64,000 bases of DNA from Epiperipatus broadwayi. Its lineage: Eukaryota > Animalia > Onychophora. The stretch spans positions 5,394,001 to 5,458,000 of the forward strand of contig JAQFVV010000002.1 in the NCBI GenBank assembly GCA_028023455.1, read 5' to 3'. Position numbers and translations under genes: made by a program. Below the pieces are notes generated by a model. That model ran no database searches. It was not told the origin of the DNA and saw only the letters and a program-made list of their open reading frames with translations. Below, in pieces: positions 13,161-25,517 of the stretch (the stretch's first letter is position 1; every line of letters starts with the position of its first letter).

Positions 13161-14569
13161 AAATTAAAAATAATGATCACTATAATATACTATGCCTCTA
13201 TTCTCTGATTAGGAATAATTAGATAACTCTTTGTTAATCCATAATAAAATGGCTACCTAAATTGGCTATGGGATTATAATTTCACTGTAATACCAAAACG
13301 TAGATTCAATTATTTTAAAACTACAAATCAAAAATGATGTATAGTATATAAATATCAAAAGGTCACTGCTCCAATTACAATTAAAATCACTTGATAAACA
13401 TACACTGACATTAGTTCTAGAATAAATATGATGGATTTTTGAGTATCAGAAAACTTTTAAAGTAATAGCTGTAACAATACAAGGCTCATATTTTAAGCAC
13501 AAAACAGAATTATAAAAATCTTATTTTGTATAAACATATTTTATTTGCTCTATCACTTTTTGTAGTCAATAAGCATATATACATAATTGTATTCTACCAG
13601 ATAGAAATTATATCTATCCTATATTTTATAAATCTTACTTTGAGTAAATATATGTAAGTAATATTTTGGAGCATTGAACTTTCCAATACCACCTATATTA
13701 AATTCAAATACTTATAGTGTCTATAAAAACGAATTCATTGCCACCAGAAACTCTTAACTTTATATGGAAGGCAGATTTAGACAATGACAATTATTAGAAT
13801 GAATATCTAATTTAGGGAGATGTTTACACAGCTTTAATTTAAATTAGCCATAATATGCATTCTCAAGGTAGAGTCATTAAATACTCATTTCAATAATCTT
13901 AAAAACAACTGACCTCATTATAAATATGTAATATTTTGGAGAAAGTCATCACTCCAAAATATTAAACGATATTTAGTGTTGTATAATCTCAATATTACAC
14001 ACACACACACACACACATATTATTTGAAAGTAATAACTACAATGATAATTACTAAATATGTTATGTACATAATTAATAACAACATATTTATTATGTAGAA
14101 GTAATATTAATGATTATATATTCAATCAGTATTTAATTTAATGTATAGTAGGATTTATATATAGATATTAAATTATTTAATGCTAAGTAATAGTAAATTT
14201 ATAGATAATTATAATATTATTTTCACTGCACAAACATTTATTCAAAAAATTTAATTTTTATAAAAAAAAGTTTTTGTTACCAAACTCTGATCACAATTTA
14301 AATATAACAATATTCCTTAAATTATCCTTCCGATAATGTCAGCCCCCCCCCCCCCCGCTTATTATTTATATATACTACTTTATGTTAAAATGAAATAAAT
14401 GAATTCTATTCTATTCATTTATTAATAGTTTCATTTTTAAAAATAACATATTGTATAAATAGGCTTATTTTTAATTAAACTTAAAATTTGCAATTATTTG
14501 TTCTTGAAATACATTTTATAAAGCTTGAGTCTATTCAGTTCATGTAGCTACAATGTGGAAGCTTGAGAT

Positions 14570-15310
14570 GCAAAGAACATTATCACCTAGCTTGAAGACA
14601 CTAGCCCTTCTGTTAAGGTGACTTTGGACCAAGTTTCATTATGTAGCCAGTCCGGTGCTAGCATCCGGTCTCTGGCACTGATGTGTTTGATTAGTGTTTT
14701 GAAAGTTTCATATACACTGGAAGTGGTGTTGCCAAAGACATATTTGCATTTTGTTAACCAAGTTGTGAAGGAGAGTAAGATTGATAACCTGATGTTTGAG
14801 AAATTGCCATCATTTATTGCAAGTTATATGGATAACACATCTATGGTGTGGTGTGCTACTTTTTCATTAATGAATGTTCTGAGCGAACGGGCAGATGTAA
14901 AACATGTTGTATCATTTCATCCTCTCTGGCACAAAATTGCCATTGAGTTTAGTAAAACCCCATTTCGACACTAAAAAATAGTTGATAGGTAGCGAGGAAA
15001 GATTTAACTTTAGAAGAAAGTCCATGTATTTGGGTTCCAAAAACCAGTTTTTGGCTTTCCTAATTAGTTGCTTGTTATTTAAGCCAAGTGCATTCGGGAG
15101 TGCAGTGGGAGAATTGTTCCTGAGTTTATAGACCTCCCAATATGACTTTTTGTTGTCAAGTGCAGTTTGAGTTAAGTTTATGCTGCTTGTAACATGAGTC
15201 CATATTTCGATCATCCATTTGCTTCCAAAAGGCGGTGGAGTGTCTGTGGAATGAACTGTTAGGGTTAGGTTTGGGAAGAACTGTTTCTGGGAGTAAACAT
15301 ACAAAGCTCT
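14570..15310 (-). mobile_element. L1/Tx1-like LINE ORF2 C-terminal fragment (zf-RVT-like CCHC region)
   Basis: Minus strand EIWTHV...KKSYWEVYKL...PTALP, then a frameshifted NFC.REDE.IQHVF.SCPF-type knuckle, then TTWLTKCKYVFG (IW..RN..IF-like). GC-richer than the flanks. Confidence 0.55.
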
Positions 15311-17392
15311 TAGCGATTTTTGGATATATATGGAAATTATTATATACTTTACAAATATTAAAAGCTTAATTTATTGAGAGTTATAATATAGCCTAAAAAA
15401 TAGATCATATTAAACCATTTAATTAAATTTTAAATTGAAATAGTATATATCAAAACAAAATCTTTTATCATTCTAAATACGAACAATTATCTGTAGACAT
15501 TATCATGACTAATTAATGGATACCAAATAATAGTATCAAATAGAGTCCTAGACAAGTTCTAGATTTTTACATTTCCATATAAATAGTATTGTTTAGCATC
15601 ATAGCCATTTGGCTAGAATGAAATATGGCTCCTAACTAAACATTTCTTCCTATAGTCTGAAAGTAGTTTTAGCATCTCCATCTTGTATACATCAATTACT
15701 TTTGCTTATACAATAAGTTAGAAGTACTGGATTAATATGAATATGAGGAATGTTATCAGTAAAATTAGAATGTTAAAATAGTTTTAATTAAAAGAACAAA
15801 GTGGATATAAAATAATACAAAAAGTAAAGAAGACAAATGGAGAATTTATATCTGTAATTTTATAATAATAAAAAAACTGAATGAGAGGTTATAAAAGATT
15901 TAACAAATGTGAATTATCATGATAAATGAAAAAAGGGATGAATACATTGGATAAAGAAAACCCATTAGAGACTGAAAATGGGCAAAAAAAATTTGTACAA
16001 ATTAACAGTAAAACGTATTTATAAGAATTGGTATAGTACATATACAATAAATTGATTTTTGGCATTAAGGCATGTTCATATAAACAAATAACACTTTTTT
16101 TCTAAATAGCATATCTTTGCTTGACATATTAAAAATGGTCTGATAAATGAAACCATTGAGAATACAAAATGGGATTTTAAATATTCACTTTTATTAACTG
16201 CTTTTTATTTATTCTCATTTGATGCATGAATAATAAAATATAACTAATATGCACATCATTTATTTCTGAATACAAAAACAAATACTGATAATTCATTTTA
16301 TAATTTAAAACAAACTAATTCACATAAAATAAAAAATGTGCACACAATATCACTATAAAAATATATTATACATTATGGTTTATAAAATATTATAATGAAC
16401 TAACAATAAATTATTTTTATTTTTTATTTTTCAAATCTGTGCTAGAGACAATCTGTAGTTTTGAAAATGATTAGTAATAATCATTATAGTATTTATCTGA
16501 AATGGATATAGTCAAAGTTGTGAGTGGAGGAAGTTTGACAATGGTAAATGAAATCATTGGTAAAATAGTGTAGATATTGCTATATCTAATTTTTTTAAGT
16601 ATAACTCTATTAATTTCTTAACAACATTAATTCTTTAATATAAGTGGTACAAAATTATTGCTGAGAGTTTACTTATTAACAGATAAATAAAGTTATATTA
16701 CACATTCAAAATTGGAGCTATAGTAGTTTCCTGGTCATAATATGATTGATCGTATTTTTGGCTTTTTAAACATATTTTTTCCTCTATAATTAAATAAGAA
16801 TTAATAATAGATAGAGATGCAATCAGACAATTATCATTTCATTCTCTTAAGTATTTGTATAAAAACAACACCTCATTAACTTTTTCAATAGCAACCTAGT
16901 ACAAAAAAAAGTTTTTAAGCCTTATTTTAATAAATTTTGTTCACCAATGAAGGTCTCCCCCCCCCCCCAATAAGTCTTTTTAAAGTGATATCAGCAGTAA
17001 TTCAAGAATCTAATAAATGAGATGTATTTATTTTGAAAAAATAGCTGCAATTAATGCTCTATGTATCTCCAGCTTTAATAGGACTTATCAATATATATGA
17101 GTATTATTTTATATAACTACAATGAGATTTTTGATGCACTTAGTCTCTCTTCTTGAAGAGTCTACAATAAAGAACAATTATTTTGAATAGAAAATAAGTT
17201 TTATTTAACAATAGAAAATACTTTTATTTAACAATACTTTAATAATTACTTTTGTAGTGTATTGGAATAAATAATTCTCCTTGTCACACAGGATTTTAAT
17301 CTATATATATATCAATTACATGCATATAATTGCACGTATATATGGTTAATAATTTTAAAATAATCAAAATCATGACCTCATACAAATAACTA

Positions 17393-17503
17393 GTTATTAA
17401 AACAGGCAAAACTCTCTACACATATTGCCACTCAGTGCAAGTCAGAGTAATCAATGGATGCCAGAAGGCAATACATATAGAGAGTTTTGCCTGTTTTAAT
17501 AAC
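17393..17503. repeat. Fold-back hairpin, 37-bp arms (MITE-like)
   Basis: Left arm gttattaaaacaggcaaaactctctacacatattgcc; reverse complement of right arm gttattaaaacaggcaaaactctctatatgtattgcc. Confidence 0.85.
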
Positions 17504-18049
17504 AGTTAAGAGGAAGCATAAGAAGTGGTGATCATGAGATGTTTATTGGCTTAAATAACAAGTTAATGAATTATTTGGAAGCCACAATTATCTTTCCTGG
17601 TCATTCAAACACTGTGTGGTAATGTTATATGTTCCAGAAAAGCAAATTTATTATTATTGGATCTAGTATCACCTTTCAAACTTGAGACAGCTTTCATTTT
17701 TTTAGGTGCCAACATTGTCTCAATATTAGTTAAGTTATTTATTTATTTACTTCTATTATTAATATTTTTTATTATAATTTATTTTGGGGAATCTTTTCCC
17801 TAAATAAATATCACAAACAATAGAGAATTACGAAGATTGCTAAATTCTATTTTTAAAACAGATATTTAATAAAATAAACAATAAATAAAATTATAATCTA
17901 TTCACTCCACCCATGCTTCTTATATAATAAAGTATATATATAACATGCAATTATTAACATGAGTTAGTACCAATAATATATATACAGAATATCACATTAT
18001 TTACTTATATTAGTGAAAATAATAAAGTTCTTTAAGAAAGTTCATTATC

Positions 18050-18480
18050 AAGTTCTATTTCCTTCATTTAAGATTTGTATGTTTTGTCAAGAATGAAGAA
18101 TCAAATAAAAAGAAAGCTTTTACAATTATATATTGCTTAGATCTTACCATGGAGTTTTCTCATATTATATAGTTGTTGTAATGTAACCAAGCCAACGGAT
18201 TTAAATCTTTACCAGTATTTTGACCACAATTTATTTCAGGAATTATTTGTTATAAAGTTGTTTGGATATTTGGTATGATATACGCATGGCAATTTGGCTC
18301 GAAGTGTCATTTCAGCAATAGGGTTCATAAAAGGCATTGATGGAGATATATGGGATCTAGCCATGCATAAGTAGGAGCTTTCGCATAGCAAATCATTTTG
18401 GTCTCAGATAGCATAACACTGGGATTCTTGTAAAATGACTTCACTTTGCATTGGTTTTATCTTTTCTATGGATCTCTACC
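18050..18480 (-). mobile_element. Highly decayed Tc1/mariner (DDxD-type) transposase remnant
   Basis: Minus strand fragments KNPSVM (H/K.P.SVMVW-like) and KDLNPL (SPDLNPLD-like) in the expected order, with many stops and frameshifts. Confidence 0.35.
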
Positions 18481-18810
18481 TACTTCCATAAAAACATTCT
18501 TAAAAGTCTGAGGATCAATTTTTATGTCTCATGCCATTCCCTATACATGCACTTTTCCACACCTCTTCTTACTTTATTTCAGAGGGCATTCAAACCTACA
18601 TAGTTATTATTCTTTTAATTTAATTTTTAAATAAATAACAACATGAAATAGATATTTTTATGTGTTTTATATGCACTATAGATTTCTATCTGCAAAATAA
18701 AATCCTCTGAGAGAAGAATAGAAATGTGCACTTTACAAAAAAAAAAATTCATTAAAAAAAAACATCTAGTGATCAACATTCTTTATTCTTACACAAAATG
18801 TTTAACACAG

Positions 18811-18871
18811 AGGCAAAACTCTCCATTTAGCAGCACTATTCAGTGGTGCTACTATATGGCGAGTTTTGCCT
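18811..18871. repeat. 61-bp fold-back hairpin sharing the AGGCAAAACTC terminus with the 17.4-kb hairpin
   Basis: aggcaaaactctccatttagcagcac ... gtgctactatatggcgagttttgcct; arms of about 26 bp with 3 mismatches. Confidence 0.8.
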
Positions 18872-19559
18872 TCCCATTAAAAAAATATATATATTTATAT
18901 ACCTTTTTTCTTTCTTTACAAGATCAAAACTAAATTTCTCTTCTAATTACCCTTATTATGATCCCACATTCCTTTTTACTAATTTTTAAATTAAACTTAG
19001 CTCAATGCATATGTAAACAAAGGGAGTAAATCATCTCCCCAGGCTATGACTTAAAAGAACTATCCCCTTGTTTACTTTTTACTAATAGTAAGTAATTAGA
19101 ATGACTTTTAATTTATATCTTTTATTAGATATACACCCCCCCCCTCTGGTTGATCTAAAGAATAGATTTCATAATTATCAATAAAATATGATATTGAATA
19201 GTAATTACAATCGGTCTTTTACTATTTCCTATACATATTTTTCTTCTTTCAACAATATCCAATTCCCTCTCTGAATATTAGTACACATTGTATCAAGTTA
19301 ACGATATAGTAGTGAAAATAAAATATTTATAAATTATGTTTGTTTTTAATTTAGTTTATTTTCTCATCAAACTACTTTTGTTCTTTATACATGTTCAGCT
19401 TCAGGGATAATTATTTTAACAGAATGTAGATTTAGTTTTATATAATAATTATGAGATTTAGACTTACTTGGGATTCCAATCTTTAGCTGTGAAGAGTAAA
19501 AAAGGGCATTTTCAGAAGAGTCTGCCAAAAATAGAACCAGTATTCAAAAAAGCAGAATG

Positions 19560-20700
19560 GAAGTTTTTATTTGATAATTACTGTTGAATTTGAGAAACCT
19601 CTGATCATCTCTATGATCTTCTAAAGAGAATATTTTATTTCATCTTTATTATAGTAGCATTTTATTGATTATTATTATTACTACAAATATGTCAAATTCA
19701 CCTATTTCCAATGAAATAGCACATATAGTTTGATTTGACTTTCTAGTATTTACAATTCACTTTTTTAAAAAAATATTTGCCTAGGGTTATATAATTTTTT
19801 TTTTAGAGACATAAATATGTTCTAGATTCCCAAATTATCTACATGTTAATCATTTACCAGTATTGAAAATGGAAGCCACACAGATCTATAATAAGAGAAA
19901 CATGCAAATTGTGTATCTTCCAAATGTAAAGTAAACAGAAATCATTCAAAGTGTTAGAAGATATCGAATTTCATTACAGTCTTAACTTATTTTTAATTTT
20001 AAATGAAAGTTAAAGCAATTGGTTCTGATTATCTTTTTCTATATTTGATTTGAAAAAAATTAGTTCCAACACTGCTGAAATGTCCTTAAGAATTGAAATG
20101 GACATTGATACATTGAATATGATAGGTATGTGAATAATCTTCCAAAGAAATGATTAATAGTGATCCGTAGTAAATTCTATTCTCTTTTAAGGTATGAATA
20201 TTATTTTTGGATTTCAACAGTTTTAACTCAATTGAAAAAAATTCTTGAATAATGCTAAAGAGAGAAAATTAATGGAATCTACAATATTGAAATATTACAA
20301 TGGATATTATAAGAATTGTTCTGTAGAAGCTTCAAGATGAATGAACTATCATCTTGCCAAAATTAAATGCATCACATCAATTTTACATATGATTGAAGAT
20401 TAAATTTACTGACTGTCAGTTGATTTATTATAAGCCCAAACAAATTCTTCATTCCAATCAATGGTATTAACTTCAAAGTTCTTTATTCATCTTTTCTTTA
20501 ATCAGCTTACAGTATGGAAATGTATATCCAATGAGGCAGAATCAGTATTGATTTTATTGGAAATAATTTCAAATTTATTATCATTACTTGGAAAGTTTGT
20601 ACAACGATTGGTGAATAACAAAAGCATTTTAAAATTAACATTACTATTTTCTAAGACCAATTTAGTAGTTTTAATATATATATATTTCATTCATAGGGGG
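19560..20700 (-). mobile_element. Very decayed hAT-like transposase remnant
   Basis: Scattered minus-strand motifs resembling TRW (AR*), IH.L, and ERGFS (IRGFS) in the expected order; no intact frame or TIR pair found. Confidence 0.3.
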
Positions 20701-21652
20701 AAAAATTGATTTTAAAAAAGAGTTCTAACTTTTTTTTAGTTTTTGGATCCATTTTTTTAAAAAAATAATCTTTTCCTGTTTTTATTATTTTGTATAATTA
20801 AACTTTACGGTTGAACATGATTGACTAAACAAATTTGAATGCTTGGGAGTGGATACAATAAAAAATTTTGAAAAATAATTTAGTGAAGCTGGTGACATAT
20901 AATTTATATCATATTCATTTAACAAAGACGAACATATTACACTACAATAAATTTTAAATAATTTGCATAATAAGATATTAGTAATGAGATCATGACTTTG
21001 TAATGCTTTATAGTAATAAAGATTAAGTCTAAAGAAATGGCAACTAATCAAATATTCTTTATTACTTGTTTACTTTGTGCTTTACTAAGAAACTTTTTGA
21101 AATTAAGAAACTACCTTTCTGCAGAACACTCAATACATAACTACGATATTTTAATATCATTTAAATCTCTAAAAAAAAATTTAATTATTTTTATTGTCGA
21201 TAAATAGATATTAAAAACTAAATTGCTTAATACAATTCAATTTATTGATAGATCATTCACACACAAAAAAGCACTTTCTATTATTGGGCTAGAAACTAGA
21301 GCAAAGATTTAGTTTGCTGTATCTTTAACAATTAAAAAAAGATCACGTTTAATAAAATTAAACATTCATATATCATGCTAATTCAGAAATGATGCTATGC
21401 AAAGTTTTCTATAGATATATATAAAACAAAATTAATAAAATCATATACAAGTACACAATAAAAAAAATAGCTAGTCACTCATGTTAATGCACACACACAC
21501 ACAAAAAAAAACAGCAACCATTTTGTCACTGTAATGTATTTCATCCTAAAACAGGATTTTTATTGCAGGATGATACTGTACAGCAATGGGATAATTGTTG
21601 GTTTTATCTGTGCATTGCTAAAAATAATTAACTATTTATTCATTTACAAGCT

Positions 21653-22311
21653 TGTTGTGTTTCTATAAATATGTGCATTAAAATTCAAGTATGAGTTTTG
21701 TACTCCTGAAAAGTAAGGAAAATATATTAAAGAAATATATTTTAGATCGCTGATAAGGATTAAATTAATGATTAAATTTGCGTAAAATGTAACAATAGAA
21801 AATACGTATTTGCAATCAGAAAATTGCGTTTGAAAATTGCCAAGAAATATTTCTTGATACAATAGAAATTGCAAATACTAATTACAAACATCAATAGGAA
21901 ATACAAGACTTATAAAAATTAAGAATGAATCCTGGATTGCTGGAGGCAAACTTACGTGCATAAATAGTTTTGAGCAGCAAAGTGCATTGTTCTGATTCCA
22001 GGGAATTTACCAAGTAAACAATTGCTGAGAGATTTAAAGTGACAGTAGCTGAAAGAAGTGTGATGCTGCAGTGCTCTAGTGATCGTGAGCAGCAGCTGAA
22101 CAGAGCCAAAGGGTTTTGGAAACCGAGGCCAGAGGAAACCACCCAGAAGCATCCAGTTGTTAAGTGCATCATGGGAAATAAACCTTAAGTGAACTGTATA
22201 TACTGTGTTTGTGTGTATCAATAATTTTTTGCTATTAACTACATTTCATTTATTGATTTATTTGTTATTATTTATTGGTATTCTGAGTGCTTGCATTTTG
22301 AATACACAACA
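21653..22311 (+). repeat. 5' LTR (659 bp)
   Basis: tgttgtgtttc...gaatacacaaca; direct repeat of 24089-24801 with substitutions and indels. Confidence 0.92.
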
Positions 22312-22384
22312 AGTTGACATAGACACCATCTCGAATCTGTGAATAGCAAATAAGTTTTAAAAACACCAATAAGGAATAGGAAAA

Positions 22385-23085
22385 TATCGCTAGGTCAGTT
22401 GGTAATAATGGAATTCGACGTACCTAATGCAAGTCATTGGCCATAGTATCCCACAGAGTTAGAAATTTTTTTCTTATTAAACAAAATCAAAGATGATAAG
22501 AAGAAGATAGCTGCTTTAATGTGTGTGTGCAAGTATTTTGACATAACCATAGCAGAAGGAATAGGATATGAAGAAATAAACTGAGCGAACATTTTAATCC
22601 CAGATCATCAAGACTCATTGCCAGATTAGCATTGAAAAGCAGGAGGCAATGGAAGGGCAAATCAATAACAGTATGGAATCACATTAAAAGAACTGTCTAA
22701 AGAGTATGGATATGGCGATTATGTAGATGAAATTGTTAGATTAATTAATCTGGGGCATGTCGCAGGACAGACTCGGGACAAAACCTGCTTGTCGATTTAG
22801 AATTAAATTTCAAAGAAGCCATTAAAAAGTGAATGGCACATGAATTTATCATGGAACAGGCAGAGTTTTTCAGCAATAAAAATTACAGCAAAACAACAGC
22901 ATATAAAACAGACAATGAAGCAGGAATTAAAAATATTTTCTTTGCAAACAAAGGTTTTAGAAAGAAAAAAAAAGTGTTTTTGCTGTGGAAAACCAGGGCG
23001 CACCAAAAAAACAACAACTGTACATTAGAGACAAATGCTGCCACAAATGTAAGCAGAAAGGCCACCTAGCATGAATGTGTAGAGA
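22385..23085 (+). pseudogene. Degenerate Gypsy gag with two CCHC zinc knuckles
   Basis: EFDVPNASHWP*YPTELEIFFLLNKIKDDKKKIAAL (Mag/K02A2.6-type gag start); YGYGDYVDEIVRL; knuckles CFCCGKPGR (22975-23001) and CHKCKQKGHLA*MC (23039-23080). Confidence 0.8.
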
Positions 23086-23169
23086 ATCATCAGAAAGTGA
23101 TGGGCAAGAAAGACAAAATAACTCAGGTACAAATGATAGCATTTATAACATTAACCAAGCAGCAAAGCA

Positions 23170-23440
23170 AATTTACATTGCAGCTACAACTGGTTAACAC
23201 AAAAAATAGACAGTGGTTTGGGAATATCAATAATCTCTGAGAAAATGTGGAAATATATTAGAGGAGACTGCAGACATCAAAATATATAAAACATCAATCA
23301 GGACAGTAGATATAAGTGGCAACATTGTAGAAATAATAGGCTTCAATGTAGTAGCAATAAAATATTGCAGTAAAATGATGAATTTACCAATTTACATCAT
23401 ACAAAAAAATGTCAGTCTGTTAATAGGATGTGATAGAACC
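23170..23440 (+). pseudogene. Degenerate retropepsin aspartic protease
   Basis: IDSGLGISIISEKMWK with DSG at 23209-23217; later IGCD resembling the LLGRD flap motif. Confidence 0.75.
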
Positions 23441-23469
23441 AATTCGTAAAGATGATACTCCAAACATAA

Positions 23470-24050
23470 GATCAGAAAACAGAATGTTAAAGCATGTCAA
23501 ATAGACATGACTAAATTACAAACAGAAAATAAGAATTTAAAAGAAACAGTGAATAGTTGTCAGTTCCAGTTACATCGCCCAAAAACATCGTGTGAATGAA
23601 TTGAACTGTAACATGGAAGATAAAAACAAAATGAGTGCATCATTACAGACCAAACTGCAAGAGATGGAATCAATTGTGAATCTACTAGAAAAGAAATCAG
23701 AGGATTTAGAATTCAAAAATAGTAAATTATATAATGAGTTAGAGCAGAAATTGCAAAAAAATCAGCATTTACTGCAGAAGAATAATCAGCTACTCAAAGA
23801 AGCAGAAGAATGGGAGGAAAAAGTAAAAGAATTTTCAGAATAGGTAGAGTTTTGGCAGCAAAATGAAATGAAGCTACAAGAAAAGATGGCCGATAGTGAA
23901 AATGAAATGGATCCTTTCAAAGATTTTTTAGAAGAGAAATCTTTAGACAGTGAACTGCCAGACGCACAAACCAAAGAACAAGGAAAAACCCAGAGTTTCT
24001 CCAAGTGGGATAAAAAAGCACCAAAGGTAGTGACGGAAAAAAGAATTTAG
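23470..24050 (+). pseudogene. Acidic, E/K/Q/L-rich predicted coiled-coil ORF (~190 aa, one in-frame stop, one frameshift) inside the LTR element
   Basis: ORFs 23592-23843 and 23868-24050 are in the same frame, separated only by TAG at 23841-43. Upstream KQNVKACQIDMTKLQTENKNLKETV joins by a frameshift. Heptad-like LQTKLQEMESIVNLLEKKSEDLE; ends ...SKWDKKAPK, like a Gypsy pol tail. Confidence 0.65.
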
Positions 24051-24088
24051 ATAATTTTCAAGGTGATTTTTTTCTAGAGTGGGGGAGG

Positions 24089-24801
24089 TGTCATGTTTCA
24101 TATAAATATGTACATTAAAATTCAAGTATAAGTTTTGCACTCCAGAAAATGTAAGGAAAATATATTAGAGAAATATATTTTCGATTGTTAACTAATAAAA
24201 ATTTAATTAATGATTAAATTTGCATAGAATGTAACAATAAAAAATATTTACATATTTGTGATAAGAAAATTGTGTTTGATAATTGCCAAGAAATATCTAC
24301 TAATTACAAATATTTCTTGATACAATAGAAATTGAAAACACTAATGAAAAACACCAATAGGAAATATAAGATTGATAAAAATCAAGAATAAATTCTGGAT
24401 TGCTGGAGGCAAATCTATGTGTCTAAATAGTTTTGAGCAGCAAAGTGCATTGTTCTGATTCGAAAGAATTTACTAGTGAACAATTGCTGAGAGATTTAAA
24501 GTAACAGTAGCTGAAAGAAGCATAAGTGATGGTGCAGCACTCTAATGCGAAGCCAACATGATCGTAAGCAGTAACTGAACAGAGGCCAAAGTGTTTTGGG
24601 AGCTGAGGTTGGAGAAAACCACCCAGAAGCAGCCAGTTGTTAAGTACATCATAGGAAGTGAACTGTAAGTGCACTATATATATTCTGTGTTTGTGTGTAT
24701 CAATAACTTTTCACTATTAATTACATTTCATCATTTATTGATTTATTTATTATTGTTCTATTTGTTGATATTCTGAGTGCTTGCATTTCGAATACACAAC
24801 A
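24089..24801 (+). repeat. 3' LTR (713 bp)
   Basis: tgtcatgtttc...gaatacacaaca, immediately after the PPT and followed by the TSD AAGCT. Confidence 0.92.
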
Positions 24802-25358
24802 AAGCTTTATAAGGTTTGATAATTAACTGTTACATTATTATATTTAAGCATGTTTCGAAATATATACTTTGAATATATTATTTACATCTGATTAAGTATT
24901 TAATAATTATATACATAGATAGATACATACTGTAGGTAAAAAAAATTCAATAGCAGCTCGAATTAGTTACATTACAAAGTGGCATGAAAAAAAATTATTT
25001 AATAAAAAACTTGTATAAACTGAGAAATAAATTATAAAGTGCCTAAAAAATTAAAAGAAAAGTTAATTTACACATTTAATCATATTATTAAATATTTTAT
25101 AAAGTTACTTAGTATTTTATCACAAATAATAAAATGATAAATTGCAATGTAAAGAAAGAAAGAAAAGTAGTTTTGATATACACAAAATTGAATTACATAG
25201 TTTATAAAAATGTAAAGCATTTTGAATCTTTTTTGGTTTGTCTTTTTGGGAATGAAATATTAAATAAAATCTCCCATGCTTTTATAGTAAATTTGATGGT
25301 AAAACTAAATATATTAAAATTTTGAAGTTAATCACTTAAATTTAAAAGCCAGCAAGAA

Positions 25359-25517
25359 ATGGGCAAAGCTAAAGTCACCAATGCTGTAGCATTTCCTAAT
25401 ATCACCAGCGCCCAAGAAGAAAAACAGTATACCATCTTTGAAGAAATTAAATATATTAAAAGAATGATATCTGCAGAGAACTATGATTTGGAACTGTTTA
25501 AATATTTTATATGGTAA
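25359..25517 (+). CDS. Candidate small ORF/exon (52 aa, MGKAKVTNAVAFP...ENYDLELFKYFIW), product unknown
   Basis: GC-richer island, open only in this frame, ending at a strong donor-like TG|GTAAGAT (25514). A TTTCAG acceptor follows at ~25579. No supporting neighbouring exons found. Confidence 0.2.
   Translation: MGKAKVTNAVAFPNITSAQEEKQYTIFEEIKYIKRMISAENYDLELFKYFIW

Larger units (their letters stand above)
21653..24801 (+). mobile_element. Complete non-autonomous Gypsy-type LTR element (gag + protease + coiled-coil ORF; no RT/RNaseH/IN)
   Basis: Perfect 5-bp TSD AAGCT (21648-21652 and 24802-24806); TG...CA LTRs; polypurine tract agagtgggggagg at 24076-24088; the internal region is only ~1.78 kb. 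Confidence 0.92.
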
